Below, piece after piece: positions 59,965 through 64,000 of a stretch of 64,000 bases of DNA. A program made the position numbers and the translations under genes. The notes below the pieces were generated by a model. The model had not been told where the DNA came from and ran no database searches. It saw nothing but the letters and a program-made list of their open reading frames with translations. This stretch comes from Candidatus Eiseniibacteriota bacterium (GTDB lineage Bacteria > Eisenbacteria > RBG-16-71-46 > JABDJR01): contig CAWANH010000029.1 in NCBI GenBank assembly GCA_963783375.1, forward strand, positions 352,001 to 416,000, written 5' to 3'. The number at the start of each line of letters is the position of its first letter. The stretch's first letter is position 1.

Positions 59965-59992
59965 CACTAGATGATCCACGGGAAACGGCGGG

Positions 59993-60955
59993 CTAGCCCT
60001 CATCCAGAAGCTTCTGGATCTTCCGGGTGATGGCCATGGCCGAGGTGTTTTCGCGCTTCCACATGTTGCGGCCGAAAATGAATCCGATCGCGCCCGCCTG
60101 GACTCCGAGTTTCGCCCGCCATAGAAGATCGTCGTCTCCGACCTGGGAGCCGCCGCTGAACAGGACCGGAATCCCCTGGGAAGCCTTCACCACCCGGGTG
60201 GCCCGCTCCTGGAGCGTATCCTCGAACTTCTGCTTGGACCACTCGCGCTCGAGTTCCCGGTAGTACTTGGGAATCCTTGCGTTGTCCACGAACCCCTCGG
60301 GCGGCGCCTTGGGGAGGTTGGCCTTGATGATGGTCGCTCCCATCTCGGTGGCCATGCGGACCGCGCTCTCGATGGCGTAGTTGGAATCCCGTCCGCCCTT
60401 CAGGTCGATGGCCTCGCCCCGGGGATAGGCCCACACGATGAGCGGCATCCCGGTCTGTTCGCACACCGCGCGCACCTCGGCGAGCTGGGGAATGTCCTCG
60501 TCCTGCCGCGGGGAGCCGTAGTAGAGGGTGTAGCCCACCGCCACCGCCCCCATGCGGACCGCGTCCTCCACGAAGGAGGTGGGCACGGAAAGCGCCTGGG
60601 CGTCGGAGGGGATGGAAGTCTTTCCGTTGATCTTGACGATGACCGGAACCTGTCCCTCCCACTTGGACCAGAACCGCTTGGTGAGCCCGTAGTGGATGGC
60701 CACCGCGTTGTAGCCGCCCTCGACCGCGAGGCGGACGATGTAATCCGGGTTCCCGGCGTCGGAGGCCGCCTCGAGATGGCGGGAGTCGTGCTCGATGAAC
60801 TGGTCGTAGGGGAGGATCAGGGTGCGGCCGTTGTCGCGCAGGAACTGACGGACCCGCGCGAGCTCCCCGGGGCTGAAGTGACAGTGCCGGAAGTAGCGGA
60901 GCTTGTCCGCCGCGCCGGTGGGTTTCGTCGCGGGAGCGGATTCAGTGGTGGTCAT
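59993..60955 (-). CDS. Class I fructose-bisphosphate aldolase (DhnA/FbaB family)
   Basis: ILPYDQFIEH, VKINGKT, AVGYTLYYGS, IVWAYPRG, GATIIK (Schiff-base Lys), FSGG, IFGRN. Confidence 0.88.
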   Translation of the reverse strand: MTTTESAPATKPTGAADKLRYFRHCHFSPGELARVRQFLRDNGRTLILPYDQFIEHDSRHLEAASDAGNPDYIVRLAVEGGYNAVAIHYGLTKRFWSKWEGQVPVIVKINGKTSIPSDAQALSVPTSFVEDAVRMGAVAVGYTLYYGSPRQDEDIPQLAEVRAVCEQTGMPLIVWAYPRGEAIDLKGGRDSNYAIESAVRMATEMGATIIKANLPKAPPEGFVDNARIPKYYRELEREWSKQKFEDTLQERATRVVKASQGIPVLFSGGSQVGDDDLLWRAKLGVQAGAIGFIFGRNMWKRENTSAMAITRKIQKLLDEG

Positions 60956-61078
60956 GAGGTAGCCTCCGTGCGTCTGCTTCGATCGGAGCGACGGATGCGC
61001 TCCGGATAAATCCTTCGCCGACGGTTTCGAGTATAGCGGCCCCGGGGCCGGCGGGCCACCGGGGGCGTGGACGCCGCT

Positions 61079-63718
61079 TCAGGGCAACCGCTCGGTCACC
61101 TCGAGGATCCGATACCGGTGCGATCCGCCTTCCCGGGGGACGTCCACCACGTCGCCCACCCGCTTTCCGTGGAGCGATTTCCCGACCGGGGCCTTGTAGG
61201 AAACCACCCCCGTGCCCAGGTCCTGGTCCCCCTCTCCGAGCAACCACAGGGTGAGCGGCTTTTCCCCGCCCCCGGGATCCTCCGACTCGAGCCGGACCTG
61301 GGTGCCGGGGAGCGCCACCCCCTCCACCCGCTCCAGGTTCTCGATGAGACGGACCCGGCCGAGGAGCGTTTCCAGCTCCTCGAAGCGCTTGGCGTAGGAG
61401 GCTTGCTTCTCCTTGGCCGCCTTGTATTCCGCGTTCTCCCGGAGGTCCCCGTGTTCCCGCGCCTTCTGGATGGCCCGGGGGATCACCGTCTTGAGTTCCA
61501 TCCCCACCCGACTCCGCTCGGCCTCCAGGCGGTTCAGGGTGGGCCGGGTGACCACGAGGTCTCCCCCGTAGGGATCGTCGGTGTCCGCCGCCGCGGCCAT
61601 GCGGCCGGCGATCCGGGCCGCCGAGCGCGCGCGATGTCCCTCCACCTCCTCGGCAATCCCGGTGTGACCCACCTCCCGCAGGAAGTCGAGCAGGGGGAAC
61701 CGCACCTTGTCCGTGCCCTGCCACCGCTTGAGCCGGAGGGTGAAGTCGCCCTCCTTGTTCTCGGGGAGGGGCGCCGAGGTGAGCCAGCGGCCCAGAGGGG
61801 ACCCGGGGGACATGAACCCCTGGGCGCGCTTCTGATGGGTCTGGCGAGGGGGGCGTTCCAGGAGGTCCAGCCACGCACTCAGGATCAGGTGGGTGCGCAG
61901 GGGATCCGGCTCCCCCAGTTCTCCGGCGGGGAGCGCCTCTTCGAAGAGGAAGAGCGCGGCCTCGGGGCGCGAGGCCGCGGCGGCCAGGGCGGCGGCGGCC
62001 GCCGCATCCCGGGCCCCCATGTCGCCCAGCCGCGCCCACACCGCGCGGCGCACGGTGGTGGCGCGGGAATCGAGGGCCGCGGTCAGGGCGGGAAGCGTGT
62101 TCACCCGGGTGAGCAGGGTTTCCTGCTCGGTCTTGGCCAGGGCGTTGAAATCGAAATCGGCGGTCACGTAGTCCTCGGGGGCCGCGTCGCTCCGCGGATC
62201 GGCGCGCAGGAGCCAGAGCGCGGCCGCCGCCCGCACCTCGGCGGGGAGCGAGGCGCGGGCGGTGAGGGCCTCCACCCGATCGCGGTAGGCCGCGAGCACC
62301 CGTTCGGTCTCGTCCGGGTAGTGGGCGAGGAAGGTGTCGAGAAGGCCGAGGTTCTTCATCGGGTCGCGCTTCACGTTCCAGATCGGAAGCTCCACCTCGT
62401 CGTCATCGCTCTCGGAAGCCACCCGGTACGCGTTCTCGTAGGCCCGCCGGGAATCGATGCGGGGGTCCGAGACCGCCGCGTTCTTGGCCGTACGCCACCA
62501 ACCGGCCCAGGCGGTGGCCGGAAGGACGGCGGGCACCAGCGCCTTCTTCAGGTCGTCGAGCGTCCCCTGGCCGCCCTTCAGCGTGCGAAGCGCCAGGAGG
62601 ACCACCGCGGCCGGGTCCTCGGCCAGGAGCTTCCGCACCGTCTCCGGCTGGACCTGCATCTGGACCCGGAGGTCGTCGGGGGGGAGGACGTCCAGGGCGT
62701 TGGCCGCGGTGCCCACGGTCATGCGGTGGAGCGGCTTGGCCGGAAAATCGATCACCAGGCTCTCGGTGTCGTTGTCCCGGATCTTCCCGATCCCCCAGCC
62801 GAAGTGGCGCGCGTAGTAGCCGGGAGGGTAGGCCTGCACCGTGTCCAGCCGGGCCAGAACGACCTCGGCGGGCTGGGAGGGGCGCTCGATCTCCGATATG
62901 CGGAGAATGGCCCCGGGATCGGGATAGGCGACCACCGCGGCCCGGGTCACCTCGGCCACCGCCTCGCGCAGGCGATCGTGGTCCGGGTGCTTCCGCCAGA
63001 GTTCCTTCATCACCGGCCAGGCCACCGCCGCCCCGCGCGGGGTGGTGAACGCGTGGCTGGTGAGATCCAGGAGCGCGTCGGCCCGGTCCCAGACCTCGTG
63101 GCGGACCAGGATCTCCAGGCTCTTGAGGAGGGACCGCACGATGACCGGCCCCGCCGGCCCCTCGGCCAGAAGAAGGATGGCTTCGTCGGCGATCGCGTAG
63201 TTCTTGTCCTCCAGGAGCGAGGGGAGGGACTCCGCCGCGAGGCGCCGGGCCGCAGGCTCTTCCCCGCGCGCGAGACGGGCCTCCGCGGTCTCCCACGCCA
63301 GGAGCCCGTGGCGGGGGGCGGCGCGATGCGCCTCCTCGAGGAGGTCGTCGTCCACCGCCTCCGCCCCTCCCTGGGCCCGGGCCCGGGCCAGGAGCGGCGC
63401 GGCGGTCTGCGGGTTCCGGTCCAGGATGGGGGCGGTGACCCGCGCCAGCGCCTTCCAATACCCGGCCTGATTCAGGCGCTCGGCGACCGATAGGAGAACC
63501 CGCTCCGCCTCGTCGATCTCCCCCGCTTCCTCCAGGGCCCGGGCCAGAAGGCGGTGAAGGCCCACGGCGGGCTTCTTCTCGGGGAGGGCGGAGCGAACGG
63601 CGGCGGGGGGCGGAACCGGCGCGGCGTCCTCGGCGGCGATCAGCGCGGCCAGCGCCGACGCCTCGGTGTCTAGATCGGTGTCGGCCCCGTCGGCCAGCGA
63701 GCGAATGGAATCTGACAT
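61079..63718 (-). CDS. greA: GreA/GreB-family elongation factor with ~700-aa N-terminal extension
   Basis: C-terminal IQKAREHGDLRENAEYKAAKE, VSYKAPVGKSL; N-terminal helical region and HFGWGIGKI..LVIDF. Confidence 0.85.
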   Translation of the reverse strand: MSDSIRSLADGADTDLDTEASALAALIAAEDAAPVPPPAAVRSALPEKKPAVGLHRLLARALEEAGEIDEAERVLLSVAERLNQAGYWKALARVTAPILDRNPQTAAPLLARARAQGGAEAVDDDLLEEAHRAAPRHGLLAWETAEARLARGEEPAARRLAAESLPSLLEDKNYAIADEAILLLAEGPAGPVIVRSLLKSLEILVRHEVWDRADALLDLTSHAFTTPRGAAVAWPVMKELWRKHPDHDRLREAVAEVTRAAVVAYPDPGAILRISEIERPSQPAEVVLARLDTVQAYPPGYYARHFGWGIGKIRDNDTESLVIDFPAKPLHRMTVGTAANALDVLPPDDLRVQMQVQPETVRKLLAEDPAAVVLLALRTLKGGQGTLDDLKKALVPAVLPATAWAGWWRTAKNAAVSDPRIDSRRAYENAYRVASESDDDEVELPIWNVKRDPMKNLGLLDTFLAHYPDETERVLAAYRDRVEALTARASLPAEVRAAAALWLLRADPRSDAAPEDYVTADFDFNALAKTEQETLLTRVNTLPALTAALDSRATTVRRAVWARLGDMGARDAAAAAALAAAASRPEAALFLFEEALPAGELGEPDPLRTHLILSAWLDLLERPPRQTHQKRAQGFMSPGSPLGRWLTSAPLPENKEGDFTLRLKRWQGTDKVRFPLLDFLREVGHTGIAEEVEGHRARSAARIAGRMAAAADTDDPYGGDLVVTRPTLNRLEAERSRVGMELKTVIPRAIQKAREHGDLRENAEYKAAKEKQASYAKRFEELETLLGRVRLIENLERVEGVALPGTQVRLESEDPGGGEKPLTLWLLGEGDQDLGTGVVSYKAPVGKSLHGKRVGDVVDVPREGGSHRYRILEVTERLP

Positions 63719-63837
63719 AGGGGTGGCTCCCTCGAGTGATCGTAAAAGGAAACGATGGTAGCACAGGGGGGCGGGAACTCCGGAAGCGGGTGACCGTCCG
63801 CCCGGGCCCCGGCGATTCGTCCATCCCGCAAGCCTCG

Positions 63838-63866
63838 TTGACATGACCGGCGGGGCCGGGTAGTCT
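63838..63866 (+). promoter_or_regulatory. Sigma70 promoter for tRNA-Ala
   Basis: TTGACA-17-TAGTCT. Confidence 0.7.
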
Positions 63867-63911
63867 TTCCGCCCTTGCCGCCGGACCCGGGGTCCGGCGG
63901 GACCTCTTCGT

Positions 63912-63987
63912 GGGGCTGTAGCTCAGATGGGAGAGCGCTTGTCTGGCAGACAAGAGGTCACGGGTTCGATCCCCGTCAGCTCCACCA
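63912..63987 (+). tRNA. tRNA-Ala(GGC)
   Basis: GGGGCTGTAGCTCAGATGGGAGAGCG-CTTGT-CTGGCAG-ACAAG...GGTTCGATCC...CTCCACCA, 76 nt. Confidence 0.97.
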
Positions 63988-64000
63988 ACCTCTCCGGAGC

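Noticed and set aside
59689-59970. 93-aa ORF, or a possible tmRNA/RNase P gene
   Set aside because: Poor codon bias, TTG start without RBS, and no tRNA-like ends, tag peptide or RNase P consensus

Overview
High-GC bacterial chromosomal window, mostly housekeeping, with no integrase, transposase, CRISPR array or prophage. Secreted proteins ending in a 'TWGxIKxxY' tail, GldAFG-like ABC genes and GT-C/TPR proteins suggest an FCB-related candidate lineage such as Eisenbacteria, Krumholzibacteria or Latescibacteria (inference only). Content in order: asd-dapB; a small polysaccharide cluster; an MltD-like transglycosylase; an M48/GldAFG/DUF4340 operon; a beta-helix/cutA/SAM-hydrolase/MBL cluster; folC; two paralogous TWG-tail secreted proteins; proS; GT-C membrane glycosyltransferases; larE; an aroDE-trpE-trpF-trpB-trpA-tyrA-aroF operon; an atypical kinase; acyl-CoA dehydrogenase; NYN, CinA-like, Mrp and CarD genes; a Lon-like protease; putP; usp; tRNA-Leu; a class I aldolase; a long GreA; and tRNA-Ala. 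The best signals are missed or split by the ORF track: (1) a UGA-readthrough CxU selenoprotein with a SECIS-like hairpin heading a 3-gene operon; (2) a Phe/Tyr/Trp-rich leader-peptide attenuator upstream of the aromatic operon; (3) a candidate C-terminal sorting signal on tandem secreted paralogs; (4) a CarD with an N-terminal histone-like pentapeptide repeat and no Trp wedge; (5) a hairpin motif shared by two long leaders; (6) a sigma54-type promoter ahead of a small orphan ORF; (7) a homopolymer frameshift in tyrA. All calls were made by eye; no searches were run.
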